From a virus (taxonomy: Duplodnaviria > Caudoviricetes): a stretch of DNA of 32,590 nt. The stretch is taken from the IMG/VR virus record IMGVR_UViG_3300017774_000595, positions 1-32,590 of that record; one strand, given 5' to 3'. The notes beneath the pieces are model-generated. The model had not been told where the DNA came from. It saw only the letters and a program-made list of their open reading frames with translations, and did no database searches. Positions within the stretch are counted from its first letter, which is position 1. Each line of letters begins with the position of its first letter. Made by a program: the position numbers and the translations under genes. Of this stretch, positions 1 through 8,600 are shown piece by piece.

Positions 1-1510
1 ACTGTGAAACCTGAATGCCGCCCTTTGCATGGCGAACATCAAGGGAGTTGTCGGAGATGTGGACGTTCTCACCGCTGCAACGGATTCCAATATTGGAAGG
101 ACGTTCGATCCTGTTTGCGCTTACGAGAACTCCATTGACGGTTGCACCAGCAATGTTAATGCCCCATCCGCTAGCCGAGGAATTGTTTGGATCTCCAGAA
201 ACCTTGGAAATGTTGTTGGACGAAATAACCGCACGCGTATGCTGAATGTCTGGATCAATTGGGTTTCCGCAATTCAGTTCAATTCCAGCGCGGAAGCAAC
301 CAATAACTACGTTTCCTGTAATTGTGTCAGCGCCTCCTTCAATCCAGATTCCCCCCTTTAGCGAAGCATCTACGGGATAAACCGTAGAGAAGCCACAGTT
401 GGTGACTACATTTGAAACAATGGAGGTATCTCCTCCGGGGCGGGTACCTACCTGGGAGTTGATTCCGCAATGCCCATAGTCAGTGATGATGTTGTTACTG
501 ACAAGGGAGCTCGAACCAGTTGAACTTGCATCGCTAGGATCGTTGCCCACATATGAGCAGAGGATTCCATACCTCGACTTGTTGGTGGCGCCGGTACCAA
601 TCGGAGTGATGCCGTTTTCCTGCATCGGCTGGATGTTGTTTCCAGAACAGATCACGAACCTGTCTTTGACTGAGTTAAACGTGATTCCTGTGTCGTTGTT
701 ACCAAAGCAGAAGTTGTCCGTAATCGTGTATCGAGATCCCTCGTTTGGAGATGCGGATCCAAAAATGTTGATGTCCGAAGCGCTCGCTTCGGTAAGCGCA
801 TCACCCAACTGCGCACCACCCCAAAACCTATTTCCTCTGATGGAGGAGTTATCAGCACGGCGAAGTTCAATACCGCTGCCCCACTTGAATATTCTGCAAT
901 TTTGAATCGTCAGATTCCGTGCAACAACTCCGCTGATCTGCGAATCTGCAATGATGGCCGAAGCATAAGAAGTGCGCAGGCTATTAACAAGGACCGCTTC
1001 ATTTGTGCCGTTGATTTGCAGGCCATCAATGGTTGATCCACTGCCTTTAAATATAAGACCATTGTTCTTGGTGGCAGTGCTGGCGGTTGGCTGAACATCA
1101 ATGATTGCCGTTCCGGGCGCAGCAAAGAACAAGGTGTTTGCCAGAATTTCAAGAACGGAAGAGGTTCGATAAGTTCCAGGCGGAAGCATGACACTCTTGC
1201 CGGAACTTGCATTTAGTGCAGCCTGAATTGCTGCCGTATCATCAGTCACGCCATCGCCCACCGCACCAAAGTCCTTGACGCTAACAATTTCGGCAAGTTT
1301 GGAATCAACGGTCCGGGTGACTGCGCCTAGACCGGGAGCGGTGATGCCTCCACTATAACTCGTGGAAGTCCACACAGTCCCCGTGCCCACCTTGAACTTT
1401 CCGGTATCGGTTTCGTAACAGATTTCCCCCGTCAGCAGTGTTGGGTTGTTTGAAGTCCAGTTTGCGGCCGTGTCTCGCCGAATGCAGATGTTTGCGTTAA
1501 TAGTTGCCAT
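1..1510 (-). CDS. Tailspike/depolymerase-like protein (N-terminal Mtd_N/hyaluronidase-like domain plus pectate-lyase-like beta-helix); partial, runs off the left edge
   Basis: Manual translation from ATG 1510: MATINANICIRRDTAANWTSNNPTLLTGEICYETDTGKFKVG, then VSVKDFGAVGDGVTDDTAAIQAALNA, then Asn/Gly/Ile-rich beta-helix-like repeats. The frame is still open at base 1 (ISDNSLDVRHAKGGIQVSQ). It is missing from the ORF track, consistent with having no stop in the window. Confidence 0.85.
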   Translation of the reverse strand, partial: MATINANICIRRDTAANWTSNNPTLLTGEICYETDTGKFKVGTGTVWTSTSYSGGITAPGLGAVTRTVDSKLAEIVSVKDFGAVGDGVTDDTAAIQAALNASSGKSVMLPPGTYRTSSVLEILANTLFFAAPGTAIIDVQPTASTATKNNGLIFKGSGSTIDGLQINGTNEAVLVNSLRTSYASAIIADSQISGVVARNLTIQNCRIFKWGSGIELRRADNSSIRGNRFWGGAQLGDALTEASASDINIFGSASPNEGSRYTITDNFCFGNNDTGITFNSVKDRFVICSGNNIQPMQENGITPIGTGATNKSRYGILCSYVGNDPSDASSTGSSSLVSNNIITDYGHCGINSQVGTRPGGDTSIVSNVVTNCGFSTVYPVDASLKGGIWIEGGADTITGNVVIGCFRAGIELNCGNPIDPDIQHTRAVISSNNISKVSGDPNNSSASGWGINIAGATVNGVLVSANRIERPSNIGIRCSGENVHISDNSLDVRHAKGGIQVSQ

Positions 1511-1525
1511 TTTGCTTTCCGTGGA

Positions 1526-1714
1526 TTACGAAGAACCGCCTTGAATTATTTGCTGATAAACGGTTGCAGTTGAAGATGAAACACCCGTAAGAACACTAAT
1601 GTAAGTTCCACCGGCGGCACCTAGTCCCGTGTACGTTGTCGTGAACTGTTCCAAGGAGAAGTATCTGGAATAGAACACCCAAAATCGTCGATTTGAGTTC
1701 CTGCGGTCAAGCAT
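1526..1714 (-). CDS. Small hypothetical protein (62 aa)
   Basis: The ATG overlaps the HNH stop (TAATG coupling) and the ORF fills the gap to the tailspike gene. The C-terminus is Thr/Gly/Ser-rich. Confidence 0.5.
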   Translation of the reverse strand: MLDRRNSNRRFWVFYSRYFSLEQFTTTYTGLGAAGGTYISVLTGVSSSTATVYQQIIQGGSS

Positions 1715-1950
1715 TACTTGTCCCCCTTGGTTCGATTCTCACGGCGGGACACCACCCTCAGGTTCTTCCTGTGGTTTGTCCCGCCCTTGCTCAGCGGCTT
1801 GATGTGGTCAACCTCCTTGCCGTCACCCTTGCGAGCCCTGCCATCCTTGATGGCGAGCCTGCGGGCACCGTTGCGCTTCGACCTGTTACGGATCTGCTCA
1901 GCCTTCCCGTGGTACTCACGGTATTCCTTAGCATAATCCCTAGCAGGCAT
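1714..1950 (-). CDS. Small HNH endonuclease-family protein
   Basis: Motif EVDHIKPLSKGGTNHRKNLRVVSRRENRTKG with a basic N-terminus; located just downstream of the terminase large subunit. Confidence 0.85.
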   Translation of the reverse strand: MPARDYAKEYREYHGKAEQIRNRSKRNGARRLAIKDGRARKGDGKEVDHIKPLSKGGTNHRKNLRVVSRRENRTKGDK

Positions 1951-2041
1951 GGAGATTCACCTATACATCCTTCCTTACTTGTCTTATTTATCTAGGATCA
2001 ACTCTAGAGTTTTCTCTAAAGGTTCCTTATAGTTAGCCATC
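1951..2041 (-). promoter_or_regulatory. AT-rich intergenic element; candidate phage promoter, origin or packaging-related site (phiOR-like position)
   Basis: Non-coding and AT-rich. Contains the palindrome AACTCTAGAGTT (2000-2011) and minus-strand TAAGGAAGGATGTATAGG, related to a motif upstream of the RNAP gene. Confidence 0.45.
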
Positions 2042-3688
2042 CTACATCCATGTTGAGGGTCTATTTCGAAATCCCACAACATTTTTCATGAATTTCTTTA
2101 GTTCCTTGTCTAGTACCGCCGTCTTCCTGACAGACATGCGCTTGTCGGCATCTTGTGCCATCTTCTCAGACCAGTACCCAACGCCCATGGCAAGTGCGTC
2201 TAAACGGTCATCGTGAGCCAAGGCTCCCCTAGCCCGGGTCACCCGGCTGAGTTGGTACATTAGTTGGTACTGAAGGGCCTTCTCCGGCGGGAGGTCGCGT
2301 GTCGATGCCATGTCGTGGCGGATCACCCCGGTATCGATCACCAACTTGTGCTGGTTGAGCACAGGCTCAAGGGTGTCGATGATGCGGCGTTCCTTCTGGA
2401 TCGAATGCTTTACTTCCTCGATCATGCAGGGATGTACCTTGGCCAGCACTGGCTTGAGCAGTTCGGTGAACATGCCGTCACCAAAGTTGGCCTCAACAAT
2501 GATCTGGTTCACCTTCTGCCGCTTCGCAATCTCCGCAAGCAGGCCCAAGGTCTGCGGGGAGTACCCGCCGGGAATGCCACCTGCGGCCGTCACATACAGC
2601 GTCCCGTTGAGCATCTTTACAACCGCGTAGGCCGTCTCGTCCGCGCCTCGACCGCTCGGGTCGATGGCCATGACGCTGCCCGTGTACGCGATCCAGTCCC
2701 CCACGACAGACATTGGCCGGTGGTACCGGTCTCCGTTGAATCCCACGCAAGGCAACTCCTTGTGAGCGAGGTCAGGGTTAGTGCCCCACACCAACTTCTC
2801 GGGGGCCAATTCGATGTTGCAGTCCATGACGATCATGTCGTTGATCTTGAGCGCAAACCGGTCGGCATCGCTCAGGCTGGTGTCCAGCATGAACTGAAGA
2901 GCGAAGCCGGAGCGGCCCCACGACAGTTCGCGTTCGATCAGTTCGTTCTCGTCAAATCGATCAGGATCGGTCGGCTTACCTGCCGGGGTGTCCCGCAGGC
3001 TCGGGGCCAAACGGTCCCCGTAGGCGGTCTTCTGCTTCTCGTCAGGGCCCCGGGCGGGCCATACCCGGATCTCGTAGCCACGGTCCGGCAACAGGTTGTA
3101 GATCGAGTTCTCGGACTGCGGAGTGCCCAAGTAGATGATTCGTCCGCCGGGCTTGATGACGGCATCAAACTCCTTGATCGTCTCCGACAGTTTCTCCCGC
3201 ATGACCTGCGTCATCGAGTTATTGGTCACCTCGATGTCATCCGCGATGATCAGGTCGGCACGGCTGCCGGTGATCTGGCTGGTAATGCCCTTGGAGGTCA
3301 CCGAGGGGGCGTGCTGAGCCGGAGCCGGGCCCACATCGAAGGAGACCTTGGAGTACCGTTGGTTCTCCTTGGGCCTGAGGTGGGCCAGCACCGGCATGTC
3401 CTCGATAAGCCTCAGGGTGAAGGTGCTAAAGTCATCAGCGCGCTGCTTAGAGGCGCTGACAACGAGGATGTTCTTCGTGGGGTCCAACAGGAGTTGGTGG
3501 CACACGAAGGCCGATGTCACATACGACTTGCCCACGCCTCGGAATGCTTCGACCACAGACCGGCGTGGGCCGGACTGTAGGTACCGCGCAATGTCGTACT
3601 GCATCGGGGTAGGCTTGGGAAGTCCTAGATGCTTCCAAGCCATGTGCAGGAAGTTACGGAAATCCTTCAGCCTTGGGTCAAGTTCCAT
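2042..3688 (-). CDS. Terminase large subunit (T7 gp19-like)
   Basis: AFRGVGKS Walker A, ITGSRADLIIADDIE Walker B, LGTPQ, IDPSGRGADET nuclease motif and HDDRLDAL. Confidence 0.97.
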   Translation of the reverse strand: MELDPRLKDFRNFLHMAWKHLGLPKPTPMQYDIARYLQSGPRRSVVEAFRGVGKSYVTSAFVCHQLLLDPTKNILVVSASKQRADDFSTFTLRLIEDMPVLAHLRPKENQRYSKVSFDVGPAPAQHAPSVTSKGITSQITGSRADLIIADDIEVTNNSMTQVMREKLSETIKEFDAVIKPGGRIIYLGTPQSENSIYNLLPDRGYEIRVWPARGPDEKQKTAYGDRLAPSLRDTPAGKPTDPDRFDENELIERELSWGRSGFALQFMLDTSLSDADRFALKINDMIVMDCNIELAPEKLVWGTNPDLAHKELPCVGFNGDRYHRPMSVVGDWIAYTGSVMAIDPSGRGADETAYAVVKMLNGTLYVTAAGGIPGGYSPQTLGLLAEIAKRQKVNQIIVEANFGDGMFTELLKPVLAKVHPCMIEEVKHSIQKERRIIDTLEPVLNQHKLVIDTGVIRHDMASTRDLPPEKALQYQLMYQLSRVTRARGALAHDDRLDALAMGVGYWSEKMAQDADKRMSVRKTAVLDKELKKFMKNVVGFRNRPSTWM

Positions 3689-3899
3689 ACTTGGGTTCGT
3701 CCTCGGCGGGGTCGAACGGCAGGGCCTCGTGCAACTTCAGGATGGGCTGGCCGTCCTTGGCCGCCGCATCGATGCCGTTGTCCTTGAGCAACTGCCGGGC
3801 AACTCCTAGGTCAGCCGCGGTGGCCTCCCCGGCCGCAATGCGGTCGAGAAGGGTTCGCACCAAGGCGTTGTGCAGGTCCTGTAGGAGTTTCTTTTCCAT
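3678..3899 (-). CDS. Terminase small subunit (T7 gp18-like)
   Basis: From ATG 3899: MEKKLLQDLHNALVRTLLDRIAAGEATAADLGVARQLLKDNGID...LPF. Lies immediately upstream of and overlaps the large subunit gene. Confidence 0.88.
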   Translation of the reverse strand: MEKKLLQDLHNALVRTLLDRIAAGEATAADLGVARQLLKDNGIDAAAKDGQPILKLHEALPFDPAEDEPKYGT

Positions 3900-3900
3900 G

Positions 3901-4191
3901 TCAGTCTCCAAGCCACGCACTGACCGAGGCAGTGCCGGTGATGACAGCGCGCATCTGCGGAAACAGGGGAACCGTAAAGTAATCACTGAGAGTAGCCACG
4001 GTGTCACCCGAGGAATTCAGGGCGATATCAAACCACGGGGCAACGGGACTGAGACGCCCCTGCAAAACAATGTTGGGGCTGCCGCTATGAACTTGAACCT
4101 GAAAGATGCCGTCCTCATTGGAAATCATCTTTGGTTCGACAATATCAGAAGTAGCGGCTTGAGACGTGGTGAAAAGACGGGTAACTCGCAT
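3901..4191 (-). CDS. Hypothetical protein (96 aa, predicted beta-rich)
   Basis: SD-like TAAGGA upstream of the ATG; fits exactly between its neighbours. Confidence 0.7.
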   Translation of the reverse strand: MRVTRLFTTSQAATSDIVEPKMISNEDGIFQVQVHSGSPNIVLQGRLSPVAPWFDIALNSSGDTVATLSDYFTVPLFPQMRAVITGTASVSAWLGD

Positions 4192-4202
4192 GGTGTGTTT
4201 CC

Positions 4203-4418
4203 TTAGTTCTTAATAACAAAGTTGACAAGTGCCGAGGCGGCAGCGCCGACGATGGCTGCCCCGCCCATGATGAACGATCGAGAACTTTCAAGAGCGCGCA
4301 GGCGCTCGTCGTGAGATTTGATTTGCTCTTCCTGAGCCTTCTGAAGTGTGAGTATTGAATCGACCTTGCCTTCAAGCCGACCCAAAGCGAGAAACAGATT
4401 TTCGTCGTGGATGGACAT
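4203..4418 (-). CDS. Coiled-coil protein with C-terminal transmembrane segment (XhlA/holin-like), in the T7 gp17.5 position
   Basis: LGRLEGKVDSIL...HDERLRALE coiled coil followed by hydrophobic FIMGGAAIVGAAASALVNFV. Confidence 0.65.
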   Translation of the reverse strand: MSIHDENLFLALGRLEGKVDSILTLQKAQEEQIKSHDERLRALESSRSFIMGGAAIVGAAASALVNFVIKN

Positions 4419-4427
4419 TGGGTTGCC

Positions 4428-5639
4428 TTAGTTGAGCCGGAGAATCCAAACCTTGACGAAGAACCTAGCGCCGGTAACTGACGGTCCACCAAAGAGTTGG
4501 ACGGAGTCAGTAGTATCTGCTGTGCCTGTCCAATTGTTTCCTGTTCCTTGGAAATGCGCGAATCCGCCCGCAGTGACTGTAGTGATTCCTTGGACAAAGG
4601 TACCAAGGGTGTAGTTCCACGGCATGTTGGGAACACTGGTGGGAGAATCGGTGGCAGATACTCCTGCTCCGATTGGTTCCCAAGCAAAACTTGCCCATAG
4701 AACCATGCACTTTACAGAGGACGCTCCGCTGTTTTTCAATCTAATAAAGTGGGTAGTTGTAGCAAACGGAACTGCAATTGTAAGAGTGGTATCGATTATT
4801 GCAAGTCTCTTTGAGTCAATTGAGTTGAGATCAATCTCAGCCTTGAAACTGGAAGTTCCGATATTTGTCGCACTCACCGTCTGCGGGTTGAGGTTAAAAA
4901 CCAACCCATCCACATATGCCTTAGTGGCTGCATCCTGAGCGGCTGTGGGGTCAAGAACGCTAACGATCTTTTGGCTGCCCATCGACACCGAAGCATTAGG
5001 AGCCGTCATCTGATTCAGGCGGCTCGTCTGAACCTGAGTGTCAAAGTTGCTGATCTTGGCGGCTGTCAGGGTCGGGATGTCGGCAGGAACGAGCGACCGT
5101 AGCGCGACGGCTCCGGACGATCCGTTGGGGGTGGCGAAGGCAAGATTCGCCGCACCGGAGACAGACCCAAAGGCTGCCGCATCGACGTAGGCCTTTGTGG
5201 TAGCGTCCGTGTCAACGGTGGGGGTGGCCAGATTCGTGATCTTCTTGCTCTTGGCATCCCACGCCGTGAGCGCATCGTTCAGCCGCAGGCAGAACTCCTT
5301 GGCCTCGTCCAAGCCTTCCTGAACGAGGTACAGGAGTTGCAGCGCCGAATTATCGAGATCGGTCGCCGTAAGGATGGAACCATCAACGAAGTCAACTTCG
5401 CGGTCAGCCCGGAGAGCGGCCGTGAATCGCCGGATCAATACCGTGGAGCCAACCGTGCGGCCACTGAGGAATGTGACATTGGAAGTCGTGGTGTTGATGG
5501 TGTACACGCCGCTAGTGGACTGCAAAGTACCGTTGACATATACCCGGAGATCGTCCGCGGTGACAAACCCATCGATTGAGGCAAACGAGAAGACGGTCTG
5601 CCCCGAGGTAGCGGTATGAAGTTGGAATGAATATGGCAT
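4428..5639 (-). CDS. Tail fibre / fibre adaptor (T7 gp17-like N-terminal anchor)
   Basis: N-terminal VLIRRFT...VDFVDGSILTATDLDNSALQLLYLVQE and WDAKSKKITNLATP; two DA(T/A)TKAYVD repeats; follows the gp16-like gene. Confidence 0.9.
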   Translation of the reverse strand: MPYSFQLHTATSGQTVFSFASIDGFVTADDLRVYVNGTLQSTSGVYTINTTTSNVTFLSGRTVGSTVLIRRFTAALRADREVDFVDGSILTATDLDNSALQLLYLVQEGLDEAKEFCLRLNDALTAWDAKSKKITNLATPTVDTDATTKAYVDAAAFGSVSGAANLAFATPNGSSGAVALRSLVPADIPTLTAAKISNFDTQVQTSRLNQMTAPNASVSMGSQKIVSVLDPTAAQDAATKAYVDGLVFNLNPQTVSATNIGTSSFKAEIDLNSIDSKRLAIIDTTLTIAVPFATTTHFIRLKNSGASSVKCMVLWASFAWEPIGAGVSATDSPTSVPNMPWNYTLGTFVQGITTVTAGGFAHFQGTGNNWTGTADTTDSVQLFGGPSVTGARFFVKVWILRLN

Positions 5640-5644
5640 CGTGT

Positions 5645-8600
5645 TTACCTGTTGGCGAGGTCGAAGAGTTCCTGCGCGCTTCGGCCCATACGCAGGGCCT
5701 GCTTATTTGCGAAATCAAGGCGGTCGGCCTGCTTGAGGTCAGGCGACTCCTTGAGCAACTGCTCATAGGCCGCTGCACGGTACTTGGAGATAATGCCGCG
5801 GATGACCCGGACTCGCGGGGAGTCGTAGTCATCCGTGGTTGCTGGACTGAGTTTCTGATAATCCCGGGACTTGATGGTCTTCAGCAGGGCCTGACGCAGG
5901 TTCTGTCCCTTGACCTTCACCGCTCCATGGAGTTCAAGCCACCGGTCGTAGGCTTCCTGCCCACCCGCAGTCTTGAACTGCGTCAGATCGAGGGCCCCTC
6001 GGGTTGCCTTGGGGGGAGTAAAGCCGTGGCCGAGCAGGCCAAACTCTGCGAGGATCTGGTCATCGGTGACCTGCGTATAGGTGATAGGGCTGAAGATATC
6101 CGGGCCCAACGCCGTTGGCTTGGTCATGGCCTCGCCAAGGACATTCCGCTGCGGCGGGACATTTTCTGCCAAGAACGGGATCTTGGCATAGATGGCATCC
6201 ACCATGTTGCGGGCATCTCGCAGGACCGCATCGTCAGCCACGGTTGACTTGGACTGGTCCAAGGCAGCGCTGAACGGGACCAACGAAGAGACATACTGAT
6301 TGACCAGCGTGGGACCGAACTGCTCAGGGTTACTGAGGGCATTGGTCACATTGGTAATACCGGTCAGGTAGGTCTTGTTGGTGATGTTGCGGGCAACGGC
6401 CAGAACGATCGCATTCGTTGCGCCACCGAGGGCGTCCATGTGACGCTCGTCGGCATACTTCATGCCTTCCGTAATGTCAGCCACCAGACCGATCATGGAC
6501 GAGAAGGGGTCCTCTCTCTTGTAGGAATAATACTTGTCCCCGACCTTGATCGAGTACGGCTGCCAGCCAGCCTGCATCAGGGTGTCTCGCTCGCCCTTGT
6601 TCTTGGGACCGCCGCCGGTGATCTTTCCGCCGCTTGCGGCCATATAGACACCCGTAGTCAGGGCAAAGGAGAACGCCAGCCGACCCGTGGCATCTGCTCG
6701 AACGGCGGCATCGCTGTGGTTCAGCAACTTGCCGTACTCCTTGTAGGCCAGCCGGAGATCGTGCATGCCGTTGACCGGGAGAGTACGGCTCAGCGTGAAG
6801 TTCAGCAGATTGGTGGGGGTTCGAATGAACGGCAGCAGGAACCGAATGACCGGGTGGACATTGGCGGCAGCCTGCATACGGGCGGCGATCTGTGTCGTGA
6901 CCGGTGCCGAAGGGTCGGTAGTCAGCGGGGTGCTGAAGGTAGTCTGCCGAGCCGAATCTATGGCCCGCTGGCTCATAACTCCAAGTCTGGAATCCCAATT
7001 ATTGGAGTCATTCATGTACCTTCCGACGAACAGCCCGCGATCAGTCGTGGGGATGGTTCCCGCTGCAATGGCCTCATCGGCAGCCTTATAGGCACGCTGC
7101 AAGACCACATCACGGGCATACATCTGGCCATCCTGAATGGCCCGGTTAAAGGTCTCATTAGCCCACCGGGCTGCCTGCGCGGTGTCCCCGCTAAACCTCC
7201 GCAGGCCCTCGACATGAAGTTCGCTCATGAACGAGGCGCGGTAGTTCAACTGCTTGAAGAACTCGTCTTCTGCCGTGAGGAATCGGGTGGGCAGGTTCAG
7301 CGCCTTACCAACCCAATTGGCCGCCTGACCGAACACGCTGTCCTCATTCAGCCCAAGTCCCGTTGCACTGAGGGCCCGGGCGTTGCCGGTCTCCCGGGTA
7401 GCCACGGTATCCAGCACATTGGAGTCCATCTTCATGGCCACTCCGGCCATCTTGACGGCATCCGAGGCCTGCTGAAGCATGAACGAGTAATGCTTCAGGG
7501 TGGCCGAGGCAGTCTTCATGTCACCCTGAAGGGTGGCACCGAGGATGCGCTCAAACGGCATGTACAGGCTGGTCAACAGGTTAGCAGAGTTATTGACCGC
7601 ATGGGTGACCGGTCCCGACAGGATGCTATTCATCCAGAACTCAACCAGAGCGCCCATGTACGACCGCTGGCCACGGGCCATGCGCAGGACGGCCTCGTCA
7701 CCGCCACCGGCAGCAGCAGCCATGTACCGTTCCATGGAGGCTCGGATGACATCTTCGCCACCGGCCTGCTCGATGATCCGACGCTGGATGGCCTCGACTG
7801 CCTCTGGGGAAAGGCTGGAAATGTCTGGGATCGCCGCTACGGGCGCAGGAACGGCCTCAGGGGCCTCAGGAACCCTCGGAGTGGCCTCAGGCATGGCTGA
7901 GGTTGGGATGGCATCCGGAGCCTCTACGGGCATCCTAGGGGCTTCTGTGGGGATACTGCCCGGGGAGGGTACGGCAGAGCCCGGGGGTGGTACCACGGCT
8001 CCGGGGGAGACGGCCTCCCCGGGCTTTGGCAGCGGGGGCAAGAAGGTGAAGGTCTTGTCCGGATCGGGAACATACCGCATGGCACCGAGGCCACGGGCGA
8101 TTTCTCGGGATCGTTCCTTGATGGTCTGCAAGACGATTGTCAGGGCTCGCTCACCAACCAAGAACTCGTACATCTCCTCGCGGCTGGCAGCACGGCCCTT
8201 CTTGGCCAGCACCGTAAGACGGTTACCGGCATTGGCCGCAAACTTGCGCATACCGACCAGTTTGATGGTGGCTTCTTCGATCTGATATCGGCTGGCAGTA
8301 CCGGAGTTCACCATCCGCTGCATATCCAGCCCCTCCATGCCCACGATGGCCCGGAGTTCGTCTGCCACAGGCTGAGCCCGGGCAACGACCGACTCGATCG
8401 TGCGGGAACTTTCGGGAAGGGTTGAGGCCAGCGGCTCACGGCCGATAATCTCGTCAATTCCGCGGTTGACCTCATCGATGCTGCTGAACCGCTCAAGGTT
8501 CAGTTCCTTCTCGGGGGGCTTTCCAAGGCCGACCGAGCCGGGGGATGGCGTGGTGCTCCGCAGCACCGCAGCGCCTGCCGCCGCAGCGGCACCTGCCCGG

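Noticed and set aside
15-1212. Short ORFs listed in the track for the left end
   Set aside because: All overlap the continuous minus-strand tailspike frame that starts at 1510.
2264-3580. 438-aa plus-strand ORF
   Set aside because: Antisense shadow of the terminase gene, as expected from GC-rich codon bias; no recognisable motifs.
6440-7900. 486-aa plus-strand ORF, and similar ones at 9914-10966, 27896-28672 and 29199-29909
   Set aside because: All lie antisense to well-supported minus-strand genes and have no protein-like motifs.
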